Notes under the pieces: generated by a model
What the model was told of the DNA's origin: nothing
The model's input: only the letters and a program-made list of their open reading frames with translations
Databases searched by the model: none
Virus record (IMG/VR): IMGVR_UViG_3300042691_025267
Span: 16,387-80,386 of that record
Length of the DNA: 64,000 nucleotides
Source of the DNA: a virus
Reading direction: 5' to 3' (one strand)
Position numbers and translations under genes: made by a program
In this document: one piece after another, positions 10,086 to 18,884 of the stretch
Numbering within the stretch: the stretch's first letter is position 1
Layout of the letters: each line of letters starts with the position of its first letter

Positions 10086-10496
10086 TTAGCAATCTATAAT
10101 GTGTAATAATTTAGTGTTTACGATTTTCAGTTTTCCGTAGGCAGTCACTAATACCATATTTTGTAATTCGTTCCAATCAATACGATATGATTTATCCAGC
10201 ACACCACCGTTCTTAGATTCAATCAGTTTATTAATTGCATTAATCGTATAAATGGTATTCGTTTGTTTCTTTCTATGTACTGATATAGTTGAAGCAGGTG
10301 GTGTTAATGACTCGTTTAATTGTTTTGATACGTTATATGTCAACACGAGCTGATTAGCATCTTCGGTATTTTCTAGTACATATATTTTATTAAATACTAA
10401 TTTATATGAACTTTTCACCTTTTCTACAGCAGCATCAAGTTCAGCAACTGTGGTGAACGTACATAATAATTGTGTTTCAGATTCCATATGTAACAT
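10086..10496 (-). CDS. Hypothetical phage protein
   Basis: Clean ORF in gene order (QLLCTF...HRKKQTNTIYTINAIN); function not recognised. Confidence 0.7.
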   Translation of the reverse strand: MLHMESETQLLCTFTTVAELDAAVEKVKSSYKLVFNKIYVLENTEDANQLVLTYNVSKQLNESLTPPASTISVHRKKQTNTIYTINAINKLIESKNGGVLDKSYRIDWNELQNMVLVTAYGKLKIVNTKLLHIIDC

Positions 10497-10550
10497 CCAT
10501 TAAGAGTAAAACCTCTTAATAAATATTACCGTTAATGCATAAAGTACGTA

Positions 10551-11411
10551 TTATTCGGAAACTGCTCGTCCTTTCATCTGCTCCCAATCTCTCTCTGGAC
10601 GATCAACGAAAATGTTACGTTTCCAGACTGCCTCTAGCAACGGAGTTCCAACGCCTTTGGAATGTGCATAATGAATAATAGCTGACATATCTTTCGGGAA
10701 ACAGGTACCACCGAATCCATTGCGTCCATCGGGACCAGGTACTTTCCAGTGTCCTGTGCCAAGGCGGGAATCATTGACGATCAACTGACGAAGATCTTCC
10801 CACTCCACACCAGACTCCTTGGCAACCGTCGCCATTTCATTTGCAAACGATACCTTGGTTGCCAAGAATAGGTTTGCGGTATACTTGTATAGTTCGGCGG
10901 TGTTGGACGATACGACCTTACCAAACTTCGGATTAGACATTAAGCTGGTTTGACTGTTCAATGCCCATTCGGCAACCGCATCGGGTGTGGTAGACGACTT
11001 TCCAATCAGTGTGACTTCTTGGTTAATATAGTCGGTTAGATAATTTGCTTCCGTCAAAAACTCTGGACTGAACATGATGATATGTTCGGGATGCTGCTGT
11101 TGTAATCGTTCCGTCGTTCCCGGTGACACAGTGGATTTAATCACGATTACCTTCTTCTCACTGGTCATGCACAGATCATGTACTACCCGCTCTACAATAC
11201 CCGTATCACATGCTCCATTACTCATCATCGGAGTCGGAACCGCAACATAGATAAAGTTTGTACTTTCTAGAAATTCTTCAAATGAAGTGTGCGTGGGATT
11301 TCTTGCAGGATCTATATCAAATGTATGAACCGCATGTCCTTTCAACGTATATGCGTTTAATACTGCACCGCCTACATATCCCAATCCTACAATTCCAATA
11401 TTAAATGTCAT
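10551..11411 (-). CDS. ugd: UDP-glucose/GDP-mannose dehydrogenase family, short form
   Basis: GLGYVG Rossmann motif, AVPTP, IKSTV.PG, SPEFL, catalytic GFGGTCFPKD; lacks the C-terminal UDP-binding domain. Confidence 0.88.
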   Translation of the reverse strand: MTFNIGIVGLGYVGGAVLNAYTLKGHAVHTFDIDPARNPTHTSFEEFLESTNFIYVAVPTPMMSNGACDTGIVERVVHDLCMTSEKKVIVIKSTVSPGTTERLQQQHPEHIIMFSPEFLTEANYLTDYINQEVTLIGKSSTTPDAVAEWALNSQTSLMSNPKFGKVVSSNTAELYKYTANLFLATKVSFANEMATVAKESGVEWEDLRQLIVNDSRLGTGHWKVPGPDGRNGFGGTCFPKDMSAIIHYAHSKGVGTPLLEAVWKRNIFVDRPERDWEQMKGRAVSE

Positions 11412-12652
11412 AACCGTATCTCCGAAATATTACCATATGTTGTGCCCGTATATAAACGAACGGGGAATTTTTTATCTTCTTCAAGGATGGCAACAATCTG
11501 CATAACCAATTCTGTATCAAATCGTTCCATGTCTAGTAAGATACTATCATAAGTATAAAGTATCAAGTGGTTGCGCGAGGTTTTTAGTAAGTCCAATACT
11601 TGTCGTAATTTAGGTAAAGTTTTTATTACTTCCAATGATTGTACGTAATAATTAAACATTTTACTTGCGTTTGGTTCTGGAAACTCCACCGTTATCCCAT
11701 TGGGTAGTTCCAAGGTTCCCGTTGTTGTTTGAAACAGTTTCCGCAGTTCTACGACTCGTTCAAACAAATGAATACCATAGGTTTCATCCGACATACCATA
11801 GAGAATCTCAAACGTCTTTTGCTTACTCATTGCATACAGTTCATCGGTAATATCATCTGTACCGAAATACTTCTTTGCAAGCTCCATATGAAGTGATCCG
11901 CTCGGTAAAGTAATATCAAACTCATCGGCAATTAGTCGGAGATGATATGCCTCAAAATCCATTTGGACCAGTACTCCATTATCATACCGACTAATAAACG
12001 CATCACGAGTACCATCCGATTTATTCAATGCGGAAAAATTAATACCACCAAATCTATTACTGGGTCTTCCGGTAATCGTATAGGGATTATATTCTGAATA
12101 CACCAGATTATCTTTGAACGTTCGCAGTGTCCTTGGTTCAAAATGTTGTTGTAATACCTCCCGATCCACACAGATCCCCGCATCTTCTATTTCACGCAAC
12201 GTATGAATCATAGTTCGGACGGATTCACAGGTGTCTGTTATTGTAGTATTATTAATAATGTCCCATTGCTTCTTTGCATACTTCTTAATAATTGATCCCC
12301 ATGTTGACAGCGGAATCAATCGGTTGACATCATTTATACTATAAAAATGGTTATGCGTGTCGTTAATGTACGGCGTATACTCCCATTCAATCAATGGAAG
12401 GTTGTGGACGTAGGCACGTATGTGAACGTCCTCTGTGGTCAAATACGGACCCAGCGGTACCGTAAAAGGTTGAGCATCTTCATGAGACACTGAAATAATA
12501 TACGTTTCATCGGAAAAACTTACCCCCACACATAATATGTTATTTTCCTTTCTGTGGTAATGGATATCACGAAAAATCGGGGTCAATATACATTGCTCCC
12601 GATTCATTCGTTGGATTAGGTTTTCGTATTCAATAACCGTTGTAATAACCAT
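11408..12652 (-). CDS. Compact family A DNA polymerase-like protein
   Basis: TITGRPS, motif A MDFEAYHLRL, motif B KQKTFEILYG, NYYVQS, motif C YTYDSILLD. Confidence 0.8.
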   Translation of the reverse strand: MVITTVIEYENLIQRMNREQCILTPIFRDIHYHRKENNILCVGVSFSDETYIISVSHEDAQPFTVPLGPYLTTEDVHIRAYVHNLPLIEWEYTPYINDTHNHFYSINDVNRLIPLSTWGSIIKKYAKKQWDIINNTTITDTCESVRTMIHTLREIEDAGICVDREVLQQHFEPRTLRTFKDNLVYSEYNPYTITGRPSNRFGGINFSALNKSDGTRDAFISRYDNGVLVQMDFEAYHLRLIADEFDITLPSGSLHMELAKKYFGTDDITDELYAMSKQKTFEILYGMSDETYGIHLFERVVELRKLFQTTTGTLELPNGITVEFPEPNASKMFNYYVQSLEVIKTLPKLRQVLDLLKTSRNHLILYTYDSILLDMERFDTELVMQIVAILEEDKKFPVRLYTGTTYGNISEIRL

Positions 12653-13056
12653 TAAGTCTCCGATACCCAGTACTCCAGATAACTTGAAATATATCTACGT
12701 AACCCCCCAAAAGTCAAGTCCGCATCTGCAACGGTTATTCTATTTTGATCTTCTACACCATATAAGTTGGCACCACTACTGTGTTTTATAGTTTCTTTTT
12801 TACCTACTATTTTCCATTTAATGGTGGTTGTAATAAACCGAGGATTTTCTTTTAAATCTTCATATTGTGTCTTATCTATTTCCGTTACATACATTTGGTC
12901 ATTAACCTGTCTAACAAAATATCTGACAATAAACTTCTTCGACGCATCCTCTTGGGTAACTACGGGAAGTGCGGGTGTTGGTAATTTATCTATTGTGTCT
13001 CGTAACTCCTCTTCTGAGTCTTTATATAATTTTTTAAGAAGTTCTTCGTCTATCAT
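12652..13056 (-). CDS. Hypothetical protein (baseplate region)
   Basis: ORF in gene order, translationally coupled to the next gene. Confidence 0.65.
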   Translation of the reverse strand: MIDEELLKKLYKDSEEELRDTIDKLPTPALPVVTQEDASKKFIVRYFVRQVNDQMYVTEIDKTQYEDLKENPRFITTTIKWKIVGKKETIKHSSGANLYGVEDQNRITVADADLTFGGLRRYISSYLEYWVSET

Positions 13057-13067
13057 GTACGTTTTAG

Positions 13068-16000
13068 TTAGGGATTGCGAGGTTTATTTACTCTTCCGGC
13101 AACTCTTTTAGCAGCACTGAGTCCGCCCAATAGGTTCTTTTGTAGCGCACCTCTGGCAGCTTCTTCAAATGTCTTTACTTTAATATCGCTTGGTATTTTT
13201 ACTGATGGACTACTTGATTTATTTTCCGTAGAAGGGGTTGGTGCGGTTAGTATACCAAACATTTTTCGTTTCCATTCTTCGCCAAGATAGTTAAACACCG
13301 CATGTATTTTGGTTTTCCATCCAGAATTGTCGATGACATCTTCTATCGTTAATGTTTGAAATGCACCAAATGCTTTATAAAATGCGGGGATCCGGTCAAT
13401 CCAGAACAATTCACCAAGTCTAAATCCATTAATTCCAGGCATAGTGATGTCTGCTTTTATTGCTAATGCGCCAGGTGCAGCACCAAAAGAATTGGAGCGA
13501 ATTCCGTTTGCATTACCGGCAATTTGAGCAACCATGTGTTCGGGATATATTTCCGAGTATCTGAACAGGGTTTGTAATTTATGTAGTTCACGTATTTCTG
13601 CCTGTTTTTCTTCGGCAGCTTCTGTGCCGCTATCCAATATTTGTACTTGTCTGACAATTTCTTGTTGCCGTGCACATTCTTGGCAAAGACTTTTCCCTGC
13701 ATCAGCATTACCGTCGCCTGCGTTTTTATATACATCTTCCGTACATTGATCACTAGGAGATACCGTTGTTGGACTAGTTGTTGATGGAATCAATGGCAGA
13801 CCGACTCCGCCATAATATTCATTCAATTTAGCAAATGCTGCTGGGTTATTTTCTACCCAACCATTTGTAGTCCACAGGTCAAGTTCTGCTTTAGCAGTAC
13901 TGACAATTGTCGAAACTGCTTCAGCAGGTGGTCTAAGGATGACATATACGTTTTTATCCGTGACAAGTCCATTGCTCAAACCATATGATGCATAGGAAAC
14001 TTTATCAGAAACATTGCCTCCTATGGCAGATGCTTTATTAGATATATTTACAACAATATCTCCGTGCCCGGCTTTACCAGACCAATCGGATGTTGTATAT
14101 GTATTATCACTAACTTTACCTGAATCAGGATTTACTCTATTACCAACAATGATGTCACCCAGTTGTACCTTTGTACTTGCTGGACTTAGTGCTAACCAGC
14201 CAGGTGCTTTATTATTTTTTATACTTTGTGCGTAGTTTGAATGTTTTCCATTTCCAGGAAAGTTTGTTTTGCTCTGTTTCATGACGTAACTTATGAATGC
14301 ACCACTCCAATGATGTTCTTCAATCCATTTTGTTAAGTCGTCTGGTGCAGTCTGTGTCGGTAAACATGGTTTACATTTTTTACATTGGGGTCCATTAACT
14401 AATTTTTGTGCCTCTGACTGTAATACTTTTCGTTCTTCAACAGTTTTATTAGACACATCAACTGGACTAATCACTATTGGTGCCGAACGATTCCCTACAC
14501 CAGAGGTTTGTGCAGTGGTTTGAGTATTTTGTTTTTTACATCTACCATATGCTTCCACCAATTTTTTACGTTCTGTTCTAGGTAATATGGTTAAGTCTGG
14601 TCCTTGCTCAGTATCACCACCTGGATATATGGAGAGTACCGCAAACATTCTTCGCAGTACATCATTTGGATCAGATAATGAAGGATCGCGTGGAATGTCT
14701 CCATCAGATATATCCGTTCCTGTGGATTGCGCAGGTTGTTGTCCAGGCGGGGGAGCGTTGATGGCATCCATATCACTTTGTTGCACCAATCCGGTGGCAA
14801 CAATTTGAGTAAACAATCGTTTTGGTAACGATAAATCTACAGAACAATCTATTAACTCAGATCCTATTAATTCACCCGACTCGGTATCCGTGCGAATATA
14901 CTTGTTGAATAAATGTACTTTATCCATGAACCTAGACACCACATCATTTCCATTTTCACGCCAATTTGCGTCAACTACCATCCGATTATGTACTGGATTA
15001 ATTTCTGCATTAGCCGTTGGTTCTAGATCATCCAGCACCAAATTCCAATAGTTTCTAGTAGCAGCACTCATTCGTTGAAGTAATAGTGATATACCCCGAA
15101 GGAGTGTATCGCCTTGAATCATGCACTCAATAACTGCTTTATGGTTAATCCACACACCAGTACTTAGAAATGCCTTGTCTGGATTATTTGGATCCGTTAC
15201 GGTTGCCGAGTTTTCAAACAAACCCACCTTACTAAAATCTTCGGTGTCTTTTGTTTTTTTCATGGATGTCTGTTGAGAACCCTGTGTTTTATATTCAGGA
15301 TCTTTTTCTGCAAGTGTTGCTGCGAGTTCATTAACGATAACCAACGTGGTAAGATCGGTGGAACGCAAGTGTTTATTAATTCCAACATACGATTCCGCCG
15401 GATCCGTTAAAATAAGTGGACCGGGAGATGATGATGCAGTCTTTAAATCCCCTGTCGTGTTATAGGGCTTGAGTACTGCAATCTTAGCCAGTTCAACGGG
15501 AGTAAGTGCTGCACCTTTGAATATGGATTTTACGCCAACGTCTTCGTCATTCAAGACCACGTTAACAAAAAACCTCCAAGTCATAAAATAGGCGTCTTCT
15601 GCGTCACCGAAGGATATAGAATTTGTGTTTACGTTTTTATCGTTTGGTTTTGGTTCACCGCGTTTACTGTTACTTTGTTTAAATATTTTTACATGGTCTT
15701 TCCACGGACTATTCTTATTCGGATCCACCGTGTTATCTAACAACGTTTTTAAATTTTTTCCAGCCGAAGTATTTGTAAAATATCCGTAAATACTATTTGA
15801 ATTATCTGCACAAATTGGCGTTCCTCGTGCTCTTGCAGGAGTTACTGTATTTTTTGTGGAGTATGCCCATGAATCTTCGGAAGTACCAACGATTTTCACT
15901 GTACATTCAGCCGATCCATCTGAATTAGACTTTACATTAAAGTTTGCCACTCGACCAAACAACCACATGTATTGTCCGTTTGTCTTATATGCGTAGTCTT

Positions 16001-16718
16001 CTAAAATTTCTTCCGTACCAACTTCGTTTCTCCCAAGTCTCTGTAACATTTCTTTTAATTTTATGCGATCATGCCACGGAAACATGTGATCTCCAATCTT
16101 TGGCATTTCATCAGCGGACTTTGTTAGATTGGACAGTAAAGAAAATTCCTGACCCCACTCCAGTATCATACCAATACCAGGAACTAGGAATGTCCGATGT
16201 AAACTTTCTAATTGAATTAATGATGGAATTGAAATTTGTAAATCAGCACTTGCCAACATTCCGTTCTTTCCACGATTTATTGTAACTCTGGTTATTCCAG
16301 GCGGTGGTATACGAACATAGTTACCCGTATTGGTTGATAACGTTGCTCGTTTATCAAAGATTTGACCAATTGTAATAGCAAGTTCTGCGTCAGGGTCTTT
16401 TGCATAGACTCGTTTGGTTTCACCATTCGGTCCATAGGTGTATCCTATCAGTGGAGTATTATCACCTGCCTCAGCGTACATGTCTTCATACGCTACATCT
16501 TCTGCTATTCCGTGCAACCCCAACGAGAATCCAATATATCCTTCGCTTAAATCAGCACTCGCTTCGCCACCCAACATTTTATGACGTAACGTTGTTGTTG
16601 CTTTTACAAAGGGCATAGCCATTTGTATTGTATTATTTAGACGCGATCTATTATCCAATACGTCTGCAATTTTTCTGTTTATTACTTTGTAGTCAAAAGA
16701 ACTTTTATCGTGCGCCAT
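13068..16718 (-). CDS. Large baseplate-hub-like tail protein with embedded DUF2272/CHAP-like amidase domain
   Basis: PPPGIT..., ILEWG, C-terminal ITMPGINGFRLGELFWID...GWKTKI; internal WSGAFISYVM...GDIIV...HGDIVV...IGGNV. Confidence 0.65.
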   Translation of the reverse strand: MAHDKSSFDYKVINRKIADVLDNRSRLNNTIQMAMPFVKATTTLRHKMLGGEASADLSEGYIGFSLGLHGIAEDVAYEDMYAEAGDNTPLIGYTYGPNGETKRVYAKDPDAELAITIGQIFDKRATLSTNTGNYVRIPPPGITRVTINRGKNGMLASADLQISIPSLIQLESLHRTFLVPGIGMILEWGQEFSLLSNLTKSADEMPKIGDHMFPWHDRIKLKEMLQRLGRNEVGTEEILEDYAYKTNGQYMWLFGRVANFNVKSNSDGSAECTVKIVGTSEDSWAYSTKNTVTPARARGTPICADNSNSIYGYFTNTSAGKNLKTLLDNTVDPNKNSPWKDHVKIFKQSNSKRGEPKPNDKNVNTNSISFGDAEDAYFMTWRFFVNVVLNDEDVGVKSIFKGAALTPVELAKIAVLKPYNTTGDLKTASSSPGPLILTDPAESYVGINKHLRSTDLTTLVIVNELAATLAEKDPEYKTQGSQQTSMKKTKDTEDFSKVGLFENSATVTDPNNPDKAFLSTGVWINHKAVIECMIQGDTLLRGISLLLQRMSAATRNYWNLVLDDLEPTANAEINPVHNRMVVDANWRENGNDVVSRFMDKVHLFNKYIRTDTESGELIGSELIDCSVDLSLPKRLFTQIVATGLVQQSDMDAINAPPPGQQPAQSTGTDISDGDIPRDPSLSDPNDVLRRMFAVLSIYPGGDTEQGPDLTILPRTERKKLVEAYGRCKKQNTQTTAQTSGVGNRSAPIVISPVDVSNKTVEERKVLQSEAQKLVNGPQCKKCKPCLPTQTAPDDLTKWIEEHHWSGAFISYVMKQSKTNFPGNGKHSNYAQSIKNNKAPGWLALSPASTKVQLGDIIVGNRVNPDSGKVSDNTYTTSDWSGKAGHGDIVVNISNKASAIGGNVSDKVSYASYGLSNGLVTDKNVYVILRPPAEAVSTIVSTAKAELDLWTTNGWVENNPAAFAKLNEYYGGVGLPLIPSTTSPTTVSPSDQCTEDVYKNAGDGNADAGKSLCQECARQQEIVRQVQILDSGTEAAEEKQAEIRELHKLQTLFRYSEIYPEHMVAQIAGNANGIRSNSFGAAPGALAIKADITMPGINGFRLGELFWIDRIPAFYKAFGAFQTLTIEDVIDNSGWKTKIHAVFNYLGEEWKRKMFGILTAPTPSTENKSSSPSVKIPSDIKVKTFEEAARGALQKNLLGGLSAAKRVAGRVNKPRNP

Positions 16719-16726
16719 ATGAATCC

Positions 16727-16990
16727 TTAATAGGTTTGTGGAATAATAATTCGTGTTCCCGGTTTAATAAATATGGAGCCGTTTACTCCATCATTTCTAT
16801 TTGCGATGACATGCCACAGTGTTGCCGATCCTAAATACTTATATGCTAATGTATCCCACCGATCTCCAACTCTAGCAACATGTTCATATTCTATTAAATC
16901 TTCTATTGGATCATTTGGTATTCCCGTACTATAGTACCGTTTCCCATCATCCATTCGTAGTATATTGATATTATTAATATATCTTGCCAT
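16727..16990 (-). CDS. LysM-like baseplate wedge protein
   Basis: GDRWDTLAYKYLGSATLWHVIANRN...PGTRIIIP. Confidence 0.8.
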   Translation of the reverse strand: MARYINNINILRMDDGKRYYSTGIPNDPIEDLIEYEHVARVGDRWDTLAYKYLGSATLWHVIANRNDGVNGSIFIKPGTRIIIPQTY

Positions 16991-17011
16991 AAGTATTATA
17001 CCGATAGGTTA

Positions 17012-18871
17012 TTAAGGTGTTCTACGTCCAATGCCTAGTCCTGACGCAAACCCTGCGGCTGCGGTTTTTACGGTTCCAAAGTTGGGTTTAAATGCAGGAA
17101 TTTTAATCGGTCCCAATTGTGGTGCCCGTCGTTCGGTCGTCGTAGTTTCTGCTGGTTGTGGCGTGGAAGATTTTGGTATACTTTCTTCTTTTATGATAGT
17201 CGAGAAGTTATCCGTATCTTGTTCCGTCATTCCATAGAAAGGAGAACTTGCAATTCTTGTTGCTTTTTCTATCAATGTGAATTTCATATCCATGACAGCA
17301 GAAATTGGAACTTGTCGGTCTATATCCCACGATTCTGATATTTCATTAAAATTGGTATTTAACGCTGTCACATAACCTGGTTGGTTCGTGTATACATTAC
17401 CGATAGTTAAACGTACGATGTTTGGTTGTAATATTCCTCGACTGAATCCATACGGAAATACTAGTCCGGTCAAATAATTTATACGTCTCCATACACCGTC
17501 CAATTCATCTGCGCCAAATGCAATTATTCCAAGTTTAAATGATATTTCTCGTTGCACTCCCACGTAGTTAATAAACTTTTCCATGCGTCCAATATATTGA
17601 TATGGTTTATATTCAGGAGTTGCAGTTTGTTGCAAATCACGAATATACGCACGAAATCGTATCGGAGATGTGTCATCGCCCATCGCAAACGATACTACTA
17701 TTGGATCTTCAAATGATGAATTAATTGCACGATAGGGAATATTTTTAACTTCAGTGTTTACTTGTTTTGGTGGTAAATTACTTGGATCTTTAATATAAGA
17801 AATACGTTTTTTAGCATCAGTTGGTTCCGATAACTGGCCGTCACCAGATCGTTTTGCTTTTGCTGTTTGTGGTGTATCATTGTCTGACCATACTGCTTTA
17901 CTTAAAGAATCACTGGCGTCAAAATATTTTATGAACGATACCGATTTGGTAGATACCGATGTACCAAGTTGCGGATTTTGTGTAGACGTACCGAGTTGAA
18001 CATTGTCGGTAAGTGATTTTGGAAGTTTTACACCACCCAAATTAAATACTGAACCCAGCGCACGTTTACCCAACGACGACACTGCAGAAGTTTTATTATT
18101 TGGCTTTACAACCTCACTAACCGTTTCGTCTGCATAACTCTGTTGTTGTTCATATAATCGTTTTTGTATATCAGGAATATATTTGGATAATTCCGGTCTA
18201 CTAACCTTCCAACTTTCCGCATTCCAGTTACCACCAAGTTGACCAACATTTCGTTTTTGTAATGGACTCACAGCAGATACTGCGCTCTTTGCAGTATCTA
18301 CTACCGATTTAAGTGGACCTAACAATCTACCTTTTAATGCACCTCCAATCTTTCCCAACGTAGATGATGCACCAGGAGGTGCCGTTGGATCTTCTCCTAA
18401 CAAGGGAATACTTTTAGATTTCAATGCGTTATACGTAGACATCTGTAACTGTCCCATCGTTCTAACACTTTGATATGAACGATCAGTTTTACCGATCAGT
18501 TCATTTGCCGGTCGTAGATTTCGTTTGATGTGTAAAAATGGCACTGCATTTGCAACAACAAATGCCGGATTTATCAATCGTGTGGATTCAAACGTGTTAC
18601 CCAATTGTAACACTTGTTGTTTTGCCAAGAACAATAACCCGTTCGTACTGAGTTGGAACAACGTTAGTCGTTTCACATCTTCCACCGTACTTCTTAGTGG
18701 AAGCATTCGGGATTCCGCTTTGTTCCAATATCCCTTACCAGGCTTTCGTACTATAAACGGTGCATCATTTCTTCCATTGCTGGGTTTACCGTTTTCAAAC
18801 TTACTGGTTGCCCCAGCGTACAACTTGTCTACGTTCTGGTTAAATCGTTGTTCTAGAGTTAGAAATGACAT
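17012..18871 (-). CDS. Putative tail-tube initiator / baseplate protein
   Basis: C-terminal FRAYIRDL...YIGRMEKF-Y-GVQREISF...RLTIG...WDID; lies between the tape-measure and LysM genes. Confidence 0.6.
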   Translation of the reverse strand: MSFLTLEQRFNQNVDKLYAGATSKFENGKPSNGRNDAPFIVRKPGKGYWNKAESRMLPLRSTVEDVKRLTLFQLSTNGLLFLAKQQVLQLGNTFESTRLINPAFVVANAVPFLHIKRNLRPANELIGKTDRSYQSVRTMGQLQMSTYNALKSKSIPLLGEDPTAPPGASSTLGKIGGALKGRLLGPLKSVVDTAKSAVSAVSPLQKRNVGQLGGNWNAESWKVSRPELSKYIPDIQKRLYEQQQSYADETVSEVVKPNNKTSAVSSLGKRALGSVFNLGGVKLPKSLTDNVQLGTSTQNPQLGTSVSTKSVSFIKYFDASDSLSKAVWSDNDTPQTAKAKRSGDGQLSEPTDAKKRISYIKDPSNLPPKQVNTEVKNIPYRAINSSFEDPIVVSFAMGDDTSPIRFRAYIRDLQQTATPEYKPYQYIGRMEKFINYVGVQREISFKLGIIAFGADELDGVWRRINYLTGLVFPYGFSRGILQPNIVRLTIGNVYTNQPGYVTALNTNFNEISESWDIDRQVPISAVMDMKFTLIEKATRIASSPFYGMTEQDTDNFSTIIKEESIPKSSTPQPAETTTTERRAPQLGPIKIPAFKPNFGTVKTAAAGFASGLGIGRRTP

Positions 18872-18884
18872 ATGTTAGTTTTAC

